A DNA stretch of 64,000 bases from the NCBI GenBank assembly GCA_965214605.1, contig OZ243961.1, positions 2,432,001 through 2,496,000 on the forward strand. Reading direction: 5' to 3'. Position 1 is the first letter of the stretch. The number at the start of each line of letters is the position of its first letter. Below, one piece after another: positions 1 to 9,621 of the stretch. A model generated the notes under the pieces. That model worked only from the letters and a program-made list of their open reading frames with translations, was not told the origin of the DNA and ran no database searches. A program made the position numbers and the translations under genes. The DNA is from an uncultured Candidatus Binatia bacterium. GTDB lineage: Bacteria > Desulfobacterota > Binatia > Bin18.

Positions 1-74
1 AACCGTTTGACCCGCGACCGGCACCGTCGAACGAGCCGCTCAATATTTTCTTCCCGGCGTCAATGTGAACGCTG

Positions 75-509
75 ATGACCTCCTCCTCAGGAAGAGAGCA
101 GCGTGACTGGTATACAGCAATGGAGACTCCGCCGCTGACCGATCCGTTTGCCCTCTTGCTCGGATTCCAGATACAGGAAGTCCGCCCCGACTTCTGTCGT
201 ATCTGCCTGCCGTTCCGGCCTGCGCTACGTACGGCTGGAGAGACAGTACACGGCGGCGCCATTGCCACCCTGATCGATAGTGCCGGAGTAGTCGCCGTCT
301 GGTCGAACGTCACCACCTCGCCGAGCCGGGGGGCGACGGCAAATCTGACCGTCAACTTTCTAGCCGCCGCTCAGGCTGTCGATCTCTTTGCCGAAGCCAA
401 GGTGATCCGTCGAGGCCGCAGCATGGTTTTTGTAGATATTGATGTGACCACCGTCTCTGGCCAACCCGTTGCCAAGGGACTGCTCACGTATAAGCTCAGC
501 TATGGATAA
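75..509 (+). CDS. PaaI family thioesterase (hotdog fold); start may be ATG 120
   Basis: VHGGAIATLID motif, T-x-NLTVNFL, hotdog-fold length. Confidence 0.85.
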   Translation: MTSSSGREQRDWYTAMETPPLTDPFALLLGFQIQEVRPDFCRICLPFRPALRTAGETVHGGAIATLIDSAGVVAVWSNVTTSPSRGATANLTVNFLAAAQAVDLFAEAKVIRRGRSMVFVDIDVTTVSGQPVAKGLLTYKLSYG

Positions 510-562
510 GCTGTCCTGGTGCGCCCCTTTCCAAGCCTCGGGCTTTGGGTTAGGTATACGCA

Positions 563-1582
563 ATGGCCTCACTGCTTCCAGGAACCTGGCACCGTCAGTC
601 GCCCCTCGTGTGGTCTCCCTCGGCCCCGACCCCTCAGCGGCGGCTACCGATCCTGCCGCTCATCCTTTTTGTGACGACCTTGGCCACCACCACCTTTGCC
701 GGAGCCTTTCAGCGTGGCGAGGACCCGCTCGTCGATCCCGCAGCAATCGTGCTGGGTCTCCCTTTTGCACTCACCCTGATGTCCATCCTGCTGTCTCATG
801 AAATGGGCCACTACTGCTTTGCCCGCTTCCACGGCGTGTTGGCGAGTTTGCCGTATTTTTTGCCCGCTCCCCCCTACCTCTTTTTTCCGATCGGGACCTT
901 TGGCGCCTTTATCCGCATGAAATCCCCCCCGTTTGACCGACGAGCGCTGTTTGATGTGGGGGCGGCCGGTCCGTGGGCCGGTGTGTGTGTTGCGATTCCG
1001 GCGGTCATGTACGGCTTGTCGCTGTCCGAGGTTCGTCCCCTTTCTCCCTTTGATGGCGGTCTGATTCTGGGCGACTCACTGCTGTTCTCAGCCCTCACCT
1101 ATCTCGTCCTTGGCGTCGACGCCGATCAGGTGAGCGTGATTCTGCATCCGGTGGCACTGGCCGGCTGGTTTGGTCTGTTTGTCACCTGCCTCAACCTGTT
1201 ACCGGTCGGTCAGTTAGACGGCGGCCATGTGACATACTCCTTGTTTGGCCATGGCCATCGTTGGATTGCCCGGGCGTTCCTCGGCGTCATCTTCGTGCTA
1301 GGCTATCAGTACTGGTTGGGCTGGTATGTGTGGCTGGTGTTGCTCTTTCTCCTGGGCATTAACCATCCACCGATCCGTGATCTGTCGTCAGCGCTCGATC
1401 CGCGCCGCAAAATCTATGCCTGGTGCACGATTGGTCTGTTTGGGCTGACCTTTATGCCGGTGCCGCTGAGTGTTGCTGAACCATTTCCCAGCGGAGAGCT
1501 GACGCCTGTTGCCTACAATGTTGACGACGATGCCCCCCTCATCAAGAAGAGAGCATCCGTGACGTTTATCTATCGGCCATGA
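563..1582 (+). CDS. Site-2 protease (M50 membrane metalloprotease)
   Basis: HEMGH zinc motif, [16 protein letters not shown], multiple TM segments. Confidence 0.92.
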   Translation: MASLLPGTWHRQSPLVWSPSAPTPQRRLPILPLILFVTTLATTTFAGAFQRGEDPLVDPAAIVLGLPFALTLMSILLSHEMGHYCFARFHGVLASLPYFLPAPPYLFFPIGTFGAFIRMKSPPFDRRALFDVGAAGPWAGVCVAIPAVMYGLSLSEVRPLSPFDGGLILGDSLLFSALTYLVLGVDADQVSVILHPVALAGWFGLFVTCLNLLPVGQLDGGHVTYSLFGHGHRWIARAFLGVIFVLGYQYWLGWYVWLVLLFLLGINHPPIRDLSSALDPRRKIYAWCTIGLFGLTFMPVPLSVAEPFPSGELTPVAYNVDDDAPLIKKRASVTFIYRP

Positions 1583-2073
1583 GTGAGCGGCTGTCGTGGG
1601 ATCACTACTTTCTCAATATTACCCGTCAGGTTGCGGAACGCTCGACATGCCCCCGGGCAAAGGTCGGGGCAGTCATTGTGCGCGACCGGAGTATCTTGGC
1701 TTCTGGCTATAACGGCGCACCGTCGGGCTTACCCCACTGTACCGAGGTTGGCTGTTTGGTCTACGAGTCACGCAATCCGGACGGACAGATCGAGGAGAGC
1801 TGTTATCGGACGATTCATGCCGAGATCAACGCGATTGCTCAGGCGGCTAAGAACGGGGTGAGTATTCGGGACGCGGATATCTATGTCACCCATACTCCGT
1901 GTATCCATTGTCTGAAGGTCTTGATCAATACCGGCATCAAACGGATTTTCTACGACCGGACTTACAAGGGAGAAGCGATCCGCCAGCTGCTTGAGGCCTC
2001 AGACGTCGATCTCATCAAAATCGGGACGGCTTCCGGCGCGAAAAAATCGTCCTCGCGCACGCGACGAGACTAG
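1579..2073 (+). CDS. dCMP deaminase / ComEB family deaminase
   Basis: RSTC, GYNG, HAEINA and PCxxC zinc motifs; ATGA overlap with the upstream gene. Confidence 0.9.
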   Translation: MSERLSWDHYFLNITRQVAERSTCPRAKVGAVIVRDRSILASGYNGAPSGLPHCTEVGCLVYESRNPDGQIEESCYRTIHAEINAIAQAAKNGVSIRDADIYVTHTPCIHCLKVLINTGIKRIFYDRTYKGEAIRQLLEASDVDLIKIGTASGAKKSSSRTRRD

Positions 2074-2279
2074 TCGGGCCCCTGCTCGGCCACAGCGTGG
2101 TCGGCGGACGATTCGTTTGGAGTGGCCGATTGTTCGTAGTGGCTGAATTGATTGGCGGCGGCCAGCAGCACGACGGTCAGAACCAGAACGGCAAGGATAA
2201 GGTCCAGGACACTGATCCCCCGGACACAGGCGCCGAGGGGCGCAAGACGACGAAAGAATGAGCGACGGGGTACAGACAT
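2070..2279 (-). CDS. Small membrane protein with a prepilin-like N-terminus (69 aa)
   Basis: Basic leader, then RG|[20 protein letters not shown] hydrophobic helix; ATG at 2279 within ORF 2070..2489. Confidence 0.5.
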   Translation of the reverse strand: MSVPRRSFFRRLAPLGACVRGISVLDLILAVLVLTVVLLAAANQFSHYEQSATPNESSADHAVAEQGPD

Positions 2280-2325
2280 GGTGACAATCCTTATGGGGTC
2301 ATCTTGAGCAGCTCGGCCCGGTCGG

Positions 2326-3294
2326 TCAAGAGTAAATCGGCGGTTCGCCCGGCGGCCGACGCTTCCAGCGTTTATGAATCCACAGCCAGTGGTCGGGATA
2401 TTGCTCAACGATGCGTTGAAATACGTCTGTAAACTTTGCCGTGGTCGCCTTGAGGTCGGCCTCCTGATTGCCGGTGCGAATGGGTTCAACCGGCGGCAGA
2501 ATAACGATGCGATGACGCCAGGAACCCTGCTCTCGAATGAGAAAGGCCGGAATGACCGGAACCTGCGTGGCTAAGGCCAGGCCGGCGAGACCGGTTGAGG
2601 TCGAAGCCTGGCGCCCAAAAAAGGGCACAAAGGCGCCCATCCGTCCGGAGGCGTTCTGATCGACGGCCGCTACCACCACCCCTTTGTTGCGAATGGCTCG
2701 AAAGACTTCTAGCCCGGCGGTTGTTTTTCGGATGACGGTATTGCCGCCGCGGCGGCGCTGGTTGACGATGAGGTCATCCAGAAACGGATTGCGTAGCCGC
2801 CGATGAATAATATGCACCGGAAAGCCGTAACAGGCATGCGCGTGGGCTAAGAGTTCCCAGTTGCCGAAATGTCCGGTGAGGACGAGGGCGCCGGTGTGTT
2901 GGTATTTTTTGACGAGGCTATCCCACTGGTCTTGATCGGTAAAACGGACGCGCTCGGCAATATTGTCCGGAGTAAGACTGTGGAGGTGACAGAATTCCGC
3001 GATCAGACGCCCGAGGTTCAGCCAACTCTCGCGCAAAATCTGGGCGCGCTCGGCCGGCTTCTTGTGGGGAAAGGCCAGAGAGAGGTTGGTTAGTCCGACC
3101 CGGCGGTGGGGCCGGTCCAACCAGTACAGCAGCCGCCCAATACTCTCGCCAAGGCGGAAGGCGAGGGGAAACGGCAGCGCTTGAAAAAAGAAGAAGACAC
3201 CCCGCAGCAGGCCGTGCTCGCAGCGCGCCAGCAGCCGGTTCTTTTGACGGGCGGGGCGAATAATCTTTTTTTTGCGGTCAGGGGCTTGGGGCAT
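2326..3294 (-). CDS. Lipid A lauroyl/myristoyl acyltransferase (LpxL/HtrB family)
   Basis: GHFGNWE, DQNA, VPFFG, YPDHWLWIHKRWK motifs; likely start MPQAP at 3294. Confidence 0.9.
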   Translation of the reverse strand: MPQAPDRKKKIIRPARQKNRLLARCEHGLLRGVFFFFQALPFPLAFRLGESIGRLLYWLDRPHRRVGLTNLSLAFPHKKPAERAQILRESWLNLGRLIAEFCHLHSLTPDNIAERVRFTDQDQWDSLVKKYQHTGALVLTGHFGNWELLAHAHACYGFPVHIIHRRLRNPFLDDLIVNQRRRGGNTVIRKTTAGLEVFRAIRNKGVVVAAVDQNASGRMGAFVPFFGRQASTSTGLAGLALATQVPVIPAFLIREQGSWRHRIVILPPVEPIRTGNQEADLKATTAKFTDVFQRIVEQYPDHWLWIHKRWKRRPPGEPPIYS

Positions 3295-3916
3295 CGGAGA
3301 AGGAAAAGCCGAACGCTTCACGCTCTTTGGCCTCAAGGTCGGAAAACACCCCACGGTCAATAGCCCGGTAGCGCTCAAGGGTGGCCAGCATCTTTTCCTG
3401 TCCGCCGTTGGCCGCCGCCAGTTCGTTGAGCTTGCCCTTGATCCAGCCAATATGCCACTTCTCGTCTTTGGTCACTTCGTGCAGGATGTGCAAGGTTTTG
3501 GGGTTCACACTCGGTCGCCGGGCGTGTGTGATATAGCGCTGGTAGGCCCGCTCTTCGACGACCACCGTGAGGGCAAACAGGTCGACCAAGCTCTTGGGGA
3601 TGCCGATCGACTTGCCGATACGCGTTTGATAGCCGTCCTCTATTGGCACCGGGGTGCAACCAAAGTCGGCGATATGCTTGGTCCACAGCCACACGTGGCG
3701 GGTTTCGTCAGCCAGGTGCAGGGAGAGTTTGGTTTGCGTCTCAGGGTCGTCAATGCGCATGATGAGCTTGAGCAGCAGGCTTGCGCCGCGCAGCTCAGCG
3801 TCACGGTAGTAGCTGAACAGATGAATCATCCGTGCATCCGCTGGCGTCACTCTTGTATCCTCCACTACATGCAGCCTTTCATCTGAAGTAGACGTCTGTC
3901 TTCCGGTATAAAGCAA
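3278..3916 (-). CDS. Ferritin-like (diiron carboxylate) protein; true start probably slightly downstream
   Basis: Paired DETRH and DEKWH ExxH motifs with upstream Glu ligands (AELRG, VVEER). Confidence 0.8.
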   Translation of the reverse strand: MLYTGRQTSTSDERLHVVEDTRVTPADARMIHLFSYYRDAELRGASLLLKLIMRIDDPETQTKLSLHLADETRHVWLWTKHIADFGCTPVPIEDGYQTRIGKSIGIPKSLVDLFALTVVVEERAYQRYITHARRPSVNPKTLHILHEVTKDEKWHIGWIKGKLNELAAANGGQEKMLATLERYRAIDRGVFSDLEAKEREAFGFSFSDAPSP

Positions 3917-4020
3917 GCGTGCGGCAAAAGCAATGACCCCGGTCTTGACTCATCGGTCTAAACATTGACAATTATTGATGTTTTCGTCTGTGTCGTACGA
4001 GTGCCATAAAACACTCAGCT

Positions 4021-5073
4021 TTGGCGTGGGCCGACAAGGTGAGCCGCTACATGAAAAATTGGGTCGTGCACGACGGGATTCCGAGAGGCGGTGGTTGGTG
4101 GCTGGTGATCGGGCTGTGGGTCAGCCTGCTCGGCTGTGAGCGGCAGACCGCCCAGGTCCTGGTTGGCCACCCCGCCCGCCCCTACCATTTGGAGTTGAGG
4201 CTTGAGCCGGCCGCGCCGCGCGCCGGGCAAGAAACGCATCTGCGCTTTCGCCTGTTGGACACGGCTGGAGGACAGGCGCTCAGCCCGCTCCAAATTCTGC
4301 ACGAGCGGGCTCTGCATACGTTTATCGTCAGCCGTGATCTGCGCGTTTTTTCCCATACCCATCATGAAGATTTTCTCCCGCTGACCGTCCAAGAGCTGAA
4401 CGCGGCCAGCTTTCATTTCCCGCATGTGTTTCCCCAAGCCGGGGAGTATATGATCGTGAGCGAATTTACCTACAAGGATAGGAGCTGGGTGAAACAGTTT
4501 CGGGTCTCGGTGGGTGGAGCGAATGACGCTGAGGGGGAAACCGCCGCCGGACCAAATCTGAGTCGAGACAAAGCGTTTGGCCCGTATCGGGTCAGCCTGC
4601 GTACCTCGCCCGATCCACCGGTTGCCGGCCACGAGGTCGAGTTGGTATGTGTCTTGAGCCGCAACGGGATGCCGGTGACCGACCTACAGCTGTATTTGGG
4701 GACCGAGGTCCATATGGCCAGCTGGCGGTTGGACGGAGAGCATTTTGGTCATCAACACACCTATACGCCACAGATGGCGGCTCTGATGAACCGGATGAGA
4801 ACGATGGGCTCGGACCAGGCCGTTCAGACGGCCGCCCAGATGAATCGGATGATGGTCCAGCTGATGAGCGGGCCGGCCAAACAGATCTATTCCGGGCCCG
4901 AGCTCCCGATCCACCACGTCTTTCCGACTGCGGGTTTGTACAAGCTCTTTTTTGAGACCGCTCCTGGCGGGAAACGCTTGGTGGCAGATTTCACCGTCCG
5001 GGTGGTGGACTACGAGGAGGGACGCGATACCCGTATCGAGTCCATTGTCGTTGGCGACGGAGCTGATTTGTGA
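4021..5073 (+). CDS. Secreted/lipoprotein putative heavy-metal (Cu) binding protein
   Basis: LLGC lipobox-like site, two similar His-containing beta modules (HER-LH...HTHHED; H..HFGHQH), Met-rich insert. Confidence 0.6.
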   Translation: MAWADKVSRYMKNWVVHDGIPRGGGWWLVIGLWVSLLGCERQTAQVLVGHPARPYHLELRLEPAAPRAGQETHLRFRLLDTAGGQALSPLQILHERALHTFIVSRDLRVFSHTHHEDFLPLTVQELNAASFHFPHVFPQAGEYMIVSEFTYKDRSWVKQFRVSVGGANDAEGETAAGPNLSRDKAFGPYRVSLRTSPDPPVAGHEVELVCVLSRNGMPVTDLQLYLGTEVHMASWRLDGEHFGHQHTYTPQMAALMNRMRTMGSDQAVQTAAQMNRMMVQLMSGPAKQIYSGPELPIHHVFPTAGLYKLFFETAPGGKRLVADFTVRVVDYEEGRDTRIESIVVGDGADL

Positions 5074-5738
5074 GGCGCGAGTTGGATGCCGGACGGGCGC
5101 TATCGTCCCTGGGGCTGGTCGTGGGTTGGACGGTGTGGCTGATGGCAGGAGCAGCCTGGGCCGGTCACGGCTTTATGAGTAGCTTTGGCAATATTGAATG
5201 GCTGCCTGAGCCCGGCCGGACCCCCGACAGCGCGTGGTATGCGTTTGATAGCTGGGAAGAGGAGGGCCAGCTGTGGCGTGCCGAAGATGCTGTTCAACAA
5301 ACTCCACTGTACCTGCGCTTTGCCCGAGAAAAGTTGGCCGAGGTCGAGGCCATGATCAACACGGAAAATGAGGCAGCGGCGAAAATAGCGGCTGACCGCT
5401 ACCAGGACTATATGGCCCGCGCTAGGCAGCTGATTACCAAGCTCGCCCCCGGCACCTCAGACAAGGAAGGGCTGGCCGCGGCCGCGGCAACCGCTCTGCT
5501 GGAACACCAGTATATCATGGCCGTTATCTATGAGGAGTTGCCGGTCGGCTCTCGGGGAATTGTTCCGTTTTTGCTCAAAGCAGCGCAAACCTACTATGGA
5601 GACCTCAGCCCCCTGTTATCGCCTCAGAAAAAAGGGGCGCTGTTCTTTAAAGAAGAGGAGGTCCGCTGGAATGTCCAAATGGTACTTCGGGCAGAGGAAG
5701 AGGAGGGACCGAGCGGACCTCTCGAGGCAGAGCGGTGA
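5070..5738 (+). CDS. Exported helical protein, DUF5667-like
   Basis: Signal peptide (AAWA), PGxTPDSxWY...E and A.EKLAEV pattern; overlaps both neighbours by 4 nt. Confidence 0.55.
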   Translation: MRRELDAGRALSSLGLVVGWTVWLMAGAAWAGHGFMSSFGNIEWLPEPGRTPDSAWYAFDSWEEEGQLWRAEDAVQQTPLYLRFAREKLAEVEAMINTENEAAAKIAADRYQDYMARARQLITKLAPGTSDKEGLAAAAATALLEHQYIMAVIYEELPVGSRGIVPFLLKAAQTYYGDLSPLLSPQKKGALFFKEEEVRWNVQMVLRAEEEEGPSGPLEAER

Positions 5739-6145
5739 TCAAGAAAGTCCTCCAGGGCTGGTGGGCACGCTTTGGTTCCGCCCCAGACACCGAGCGGGCC
5801 GTCCCATCCGCCTTAGAGCTGTCCGCCGAGGACGATCCGCCCTGGTCTGAGCCGACCGCGCCCCTTGTACTGCCGCTCGAAGACGTGATTGACCTGCACC
5901 CGTTTGCGCCCCGAGAGATACGCAGCGTTGTTGAGGAGTACCTGTCGGCCTGTTGTCAGGCCGGCCTGAGCACGGTACGTCTCATCCATGGCAAGGGCAG
6001 GGGCGTACAGCGCAACAGTATCCGGGCGCTGTTAGCGCGCCTGTCCTACGTTGAGAGTTATCAAGATGCCCCGCCTGAGGCGGGGGGCTGGGGCGCTACG
6101 GTGGTTACGCTCAAACCTCCCTTCGCCAAGAAGCCCGGGCCCTGA
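5735..6145 (+). CDS. Smr domain protein
   Basis: IDLH, LIHGKGRG, GGWGATVV motifs. Confidence 0.9.
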   Translation: MIKKVLQGWWARFGSAPDTERAVPSALELSAEDDPPWSEPTAPLVLPLEDVIDLHPFAPREIRSVVEEYLSACCQAGLSTVRLIHGKGRGVQRNSIRALLARLSYVESYQDAPPEAGGWGATVVTLKPPFAKKPGP

Positions 6146-6215
6146 CCGGTTTCCTCTTGTCTTTGTGGCGCGCACCACGCTACATATGGGGGACGACAGC
6201 TGAGGAGGGAGTACC

Positions 6216-6959
6216 ATGGAGACGACCGAAACCTTTATCAACAATCTGCGCTCGTATATTCAACACGAAGACCAAAAGCCGCTGCTAGGTCCCAGTTTTT
6301 ACCAAGGTCTGGTCGACGGGAAATTGTCCCGACAGCAGCTCAAGAGTTGGGCTCTGAATCTATTCTACGTCACCGGCCAGCACATCCGGGCCTTTGGCGG
6401 TATTTTCATGAATACCGGACTTGGTCCGATGGATCAGCGTATCCGGCGTCATATTGTTGAAAACCTGATCGACGAAGAGACAACTATGGGTCGTGGCGAC
6501 GACGCGCACTGGATGCTGTCTATGCGACTGGCCAAAGCCTTGGGCGCTAGCGACGAAGAGATTCTGCATCCGGTTGTGGCCAAAGAAGCGGTCGAGTATG
6601 TGGACTGGGTGATTGAACTGGGTCGCCGAGAGTACGGCTTGGTGACCCTGGCTGCGATGTCGATTGGCGGAGAGACCCGCAGCGATAGCTCAATGAAGGG
6701 ACTACTCAAGGCGCTGCGTGAACAGTACGGCCTGACCAAGCAAGACCTGGGGTTCTTCTACGCCCATGTCGGTGAGGCCGAAGCCCACGGCGAGCCGGTC
6801 TTCAAGATGGTCAGCGAGTATGCCGACAGCGAAGAGAAGCAGCGCAAGATCCGGGACAGTATCCAAACATGGTGTGAGAAGTTCAGCGCCGCCCACGAGG
6901 GAGGCTATCGGGTTGCCATGGGCCTTGACTCAGGCATACAAGTTGATGTCAGCCACTGA
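6216..6959 (+). CDS. PqqC/CADD-like heme-oxygenase-like diiron oxidase
   Basis: ENLIDEE...H and FFYAHVGEAEAH metal-ligand pattern; strong RBS (gaggagggag). Confidence 0.75.
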   Translation: METTETFINNLRSYIQHEDQKPLLGPSFYQGLVDGKLSRQQLKSWALNLFYVTGQHIRAFGGIFMNTGLGPMDQRIRRHIVENLIDEETTMGRGDDAHWMLSMRLAKALGASDEEILHPVVAKEAVEYVDWVIELGRREYGLVTLAAMSIGGETRSDSSMKGLLKALREQYGLTKQDLGFFYAHVGEAEAHGEPVFKMVSEYADSEEKQRKIRDSIQTWCEKFSAAHEGGYRVAMGLDSGIQVDVSH

Positions 6960-7021
6960 GGTGAAGACGGCCACGAAAATTTTGGTGGGTGTTGAGAGCC
7001 CGCAAACGAACAGGAGGCCAT

Positions 7022-8713
7022 ATGTACGATCTCATTATTGAAAATGCCCGGATTGTTGATGGGACGGGTAGACCGAGTTTCCACGGCAGTGTGGCAGTCA
7101 AAGATGGCCTGATCGCCGCGGTTGGCAAGAGCAGAGGGGAAGCCGCCCAGAAGACAATTAACGCCGATGGCCTCGTGCTCTCCCCCGGCTTTATCGACCC
7201 CCATACCCATTACGACGCCCAAGTCGCCTGGGACCCACTGCTGACGTGTACGTCCTGGCACGGCATTACCAGCGTGGTGATGGGCAACTGTGGGGTGGGT
7301 GTCGCCCCGGTTCGTCCCAAGGCTCGCGATATCGTTATGTGGGACTTGGTCAATGTGGAAGCCATTCCGTATGAGGTCATGGAAAAAGGTATCGACTGGC
7401 AGTGGGAATCCCACGCCGAATATTTGGACGCGCTCCAAAAACGCGGCCTGGGCATCAACGTGGCCTCGCTAGCGGCGCTGACACCGATCCGTCACTACGC
7501 GATCGGTGAAGAGTCGTTTGAGCGGGCGGCAACGGCCGACGAAATCGTCACCATGCAGCGGCTGTTCCGGGACGCCGTGCAGGCCGGTGCGTTTGGTTTG
7601 ACGACCACGATTCTGAACAACCATATCGGTTTTGAGGGCCGGCCTCTGGCCTGCCGGAACGCCAGTCGGGATGAGTTGAGCGCGCTGTGTCAGGTGATGA
7701 AGGAAGCGGGCCGGGGGACAATTGAAATTGCGCTGACCGGCACCAACGTCGGCCAGGTGTCCGATGATGAGTATGACCTGCTGAAGTTCTTGGTTGATGA
7801 GAGCCAACGACCGGTGACCTTCCTCGCCTTGTTTAACAAGCCGGGCAAACCCGATTCCTATCTCAACGCTGTAGAAAAGGTCAAACCCATTCTGGCCTGG
7901 GACAGGGCCGTCCCCCAGGTGACCTGTCGGCCGCTACGGGTCCAGTTCAACATGAAGAATCCCTTTCTGTTTGCCATCTTCTCGTCCTGGCACCAGGTGT
8001 TTAACAAGAGTGTCGAGGAGCAGATGAAGATGTATGCCGATCCCGGCTTTCGGGATGCCTTTCGGGATGAGATGAACCGCCGGCGTATTTTTGCTGGGCA
8101 GTGGGGGCGGATGACGGTCATTGACGCGAAGAGCGAGGCCGTGCAGGCGCATGTCGCCAGCAAAAAAACCGTTGCCGAGATCGCTCGCGATCAGGGCAAA
8201 GATCCAGTTGACGCCTTCTTGGATCTCGCGATCGCCGACACCTTAGAACTCTTGTTTGACCTCCAGGCGTTTAATTTTGAACCCGAAGGGGTCAAGAATC
8301 TGATTAGCGACGATCGTTTCATGATCGGTCTGTCCGACGGTGGGGCGCACGTCGATATGTTGTGCGACGCTGGCTATGCGACCTACCTACTCGGGACCTG
8401 GGTGCGTGAGCACCAGGTGCTGAGCCTCGAAGAGGGGGTACGCAAGCTGACCTCGGTTCCGGCTGACCTGTTCGGGATTCCTAAGCGTGGTCGGATTGCT
8501 CCGGGGATGGCGGCCGACCTGACCGTTTTTGATCTGGATACGGTCGGTGCCGTCGATCCCGAATATGTGTGGGATTTGCCGGGTGGCGGTAAGCGTTTTA
8601 TTGCCAAGTCCAAAGGCATCAAGCATACGATTGTAGGCGGTCACATCCTCTACCAGGACAACGAGTACCAGGGTGGCATGCCGGGCCAGGTGTTGCGGAG
8701 TTACGATCGTTAA
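7022..8713 (+). CDS. N-acyl-D-amino-acid deacylase family amidohydrolase
   Basis: PGFIDPHTHYD, VMGNCG, SDGGAH motifs; RBS aggagg before ATG 7022. Confidence 0.9.
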   Translation: MYDLIIENARIVDGTGRPSFHGSVAVKDGLIAAVGKSRGEAAQKTINADGLVLSPGFIDPHTHYDAQVAWDPLLTCTSWHGITSVVMGNCGVGVAPVRPKARDIVMWDLVNVEAIPYEVMEKGIDWQWESHAEYLDALQKRGLGINVASLAALTPIRHYAIGEESFERAATADEIVTMQRLFRDAVQAGAFGLTTTILNNHIGFEGRPLACRNASRDELSALCQVMKEAGRGTIEIALTGTNVGQVSDDEYDLLKFLVDESQRPVTFLALFNKPGKPDSYLNAVEKVKPILAWDRAVPQVTCRPLRVQFNMKNPFLFAIFSSWHQVFNKSVEEQMKMYADPGFRDAFRDEMNRRRIFAGQWGRMTVIDAKSEAVQAHVASKKTVAEIARDQGKDPVDAFLDLAIADTLELLFDLQAFNFEPEGVKNLISDDRFMIGLSDGGAHVDMLCDAGYATYLLGTWVREHQVLSLEEGVRKLTSVPADLFGIPKRGRIAPGMAADLTVFDLDTVGAVDPEYVWDLPGGGKRFIAKSKGIKHTIVGGHILYQDNEYQGGMPGQVLRSYDR

Positions 8714-8847
8714 TCGTCCACCACAGTGGAAGTCCTGCGAGACGATGCTGGTGTCGTGATCGGATACGGTCATCAGCGTCTCCCGCGTTCAATACGGGGC
8801 TCCATAAACTGTCCGTCCATCCCATTATCCCTCGAAGGAGAAAACCG

Positions 8848-9621
8848 ATGGCGATCCGTCTGCGTCAAGTCTGCTTGGTGGCCGAGAAGCTGGAGCCTGT
8901 TGTCGATGACCTGAAGGCTATCTTTGGTCTTGAAGTCTGTTTTGTTGATCCGGCCGTACAGGTCTTTGGGCTGGAGAACTCGCTGTTTCCGGTTGGCAAC
9001 AACTTTTTGGAGGTAGTCGCTCCGACTCAGGAGAATACCGCGGCCGGTCGCTATCTCAAACGCCGCAACGGCGATGGTGGCTATATGGTCATTTGTCAAT
9101 GCGACAGCCACGAGACGCAGCTGGCCCGCAAGGCCCGGGCGGCTAAACTAGGGGTCCGCATTGCTTTTGAAGAAGAAGAGCAGGGCTTCCACGTCATGCA
9201 ACTCCATCCGGCTGACACGGGCGGAGCGTTTTTTGAAATCGACTGGGATGCCAAGATGGAGCCCGAGGGCTACTGGACACCGGCCGGCGGTGGCGACTGG
9301 CCGACCCACAGGCGGACCGAGATTATCCGCGATTATGCCGGGGTCGAACTCCAGTCGCCCGATCCGCAGTCTTTGGCCGAACGCTGGAGCAGTATTGCCG
9401 AGCTCCCCCTGGGCCAGGACGCCAAGGGACGACCCGAGATGCGGCTTGGCAATGTCGGCGTCCGCTTTGTTGACATGAGGGACGACCGTGGCGAGGGCTT
9501 GTCTGGGCTTGATGTCAGGGTTGCCGATCGCGCCCGGCTGTTGCGAGCTGCCCAGGAGCGGGGCTGCCGCGTATCTGATGAGCAGGTCGTAGTGTGTGGA
9601 GTACGATTCAATCTGGTCTGA
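8848..9621 (+). CDS. Glyoxalase-like (VOC) domain protein
   Basis: LRQVCLVA, FLEVVAP, GDGGYMVI, QLHP motifs. Confidence 0.8.
   Translation: MAIRLRQVCLVAEKLEPVVDDLKAIFGLEVCFVDPAVQVFGLENSLFPVGNNFLEVVAPTQENTAAGRYLKRRNGDGGYMVICQCDSHETQLARKARAAKLGVRIAFEEEEQGFHVMQLHPADTGGAFFEIDWDAKMEPEGYWTPAGGGDWPTHRRTEIIRDYAGVELQSPDPQSLAERWSSIAELPLGQDAKGRPEMRLGNVGVRFVDMRDDRGEGLSGLDVRVADRARLLRAAQERGCRVSDEQVVVCGVRFNLV

Noticed and set aside
3272-3886. 204-aa plus-strand ORF and similar antisense ORFs (4015-4632, 9148-9909, 13708-14304, 19745-20518, 43209-43778)
   Set aside because: They are antisense shadows of well-supported genes and show no motifs.
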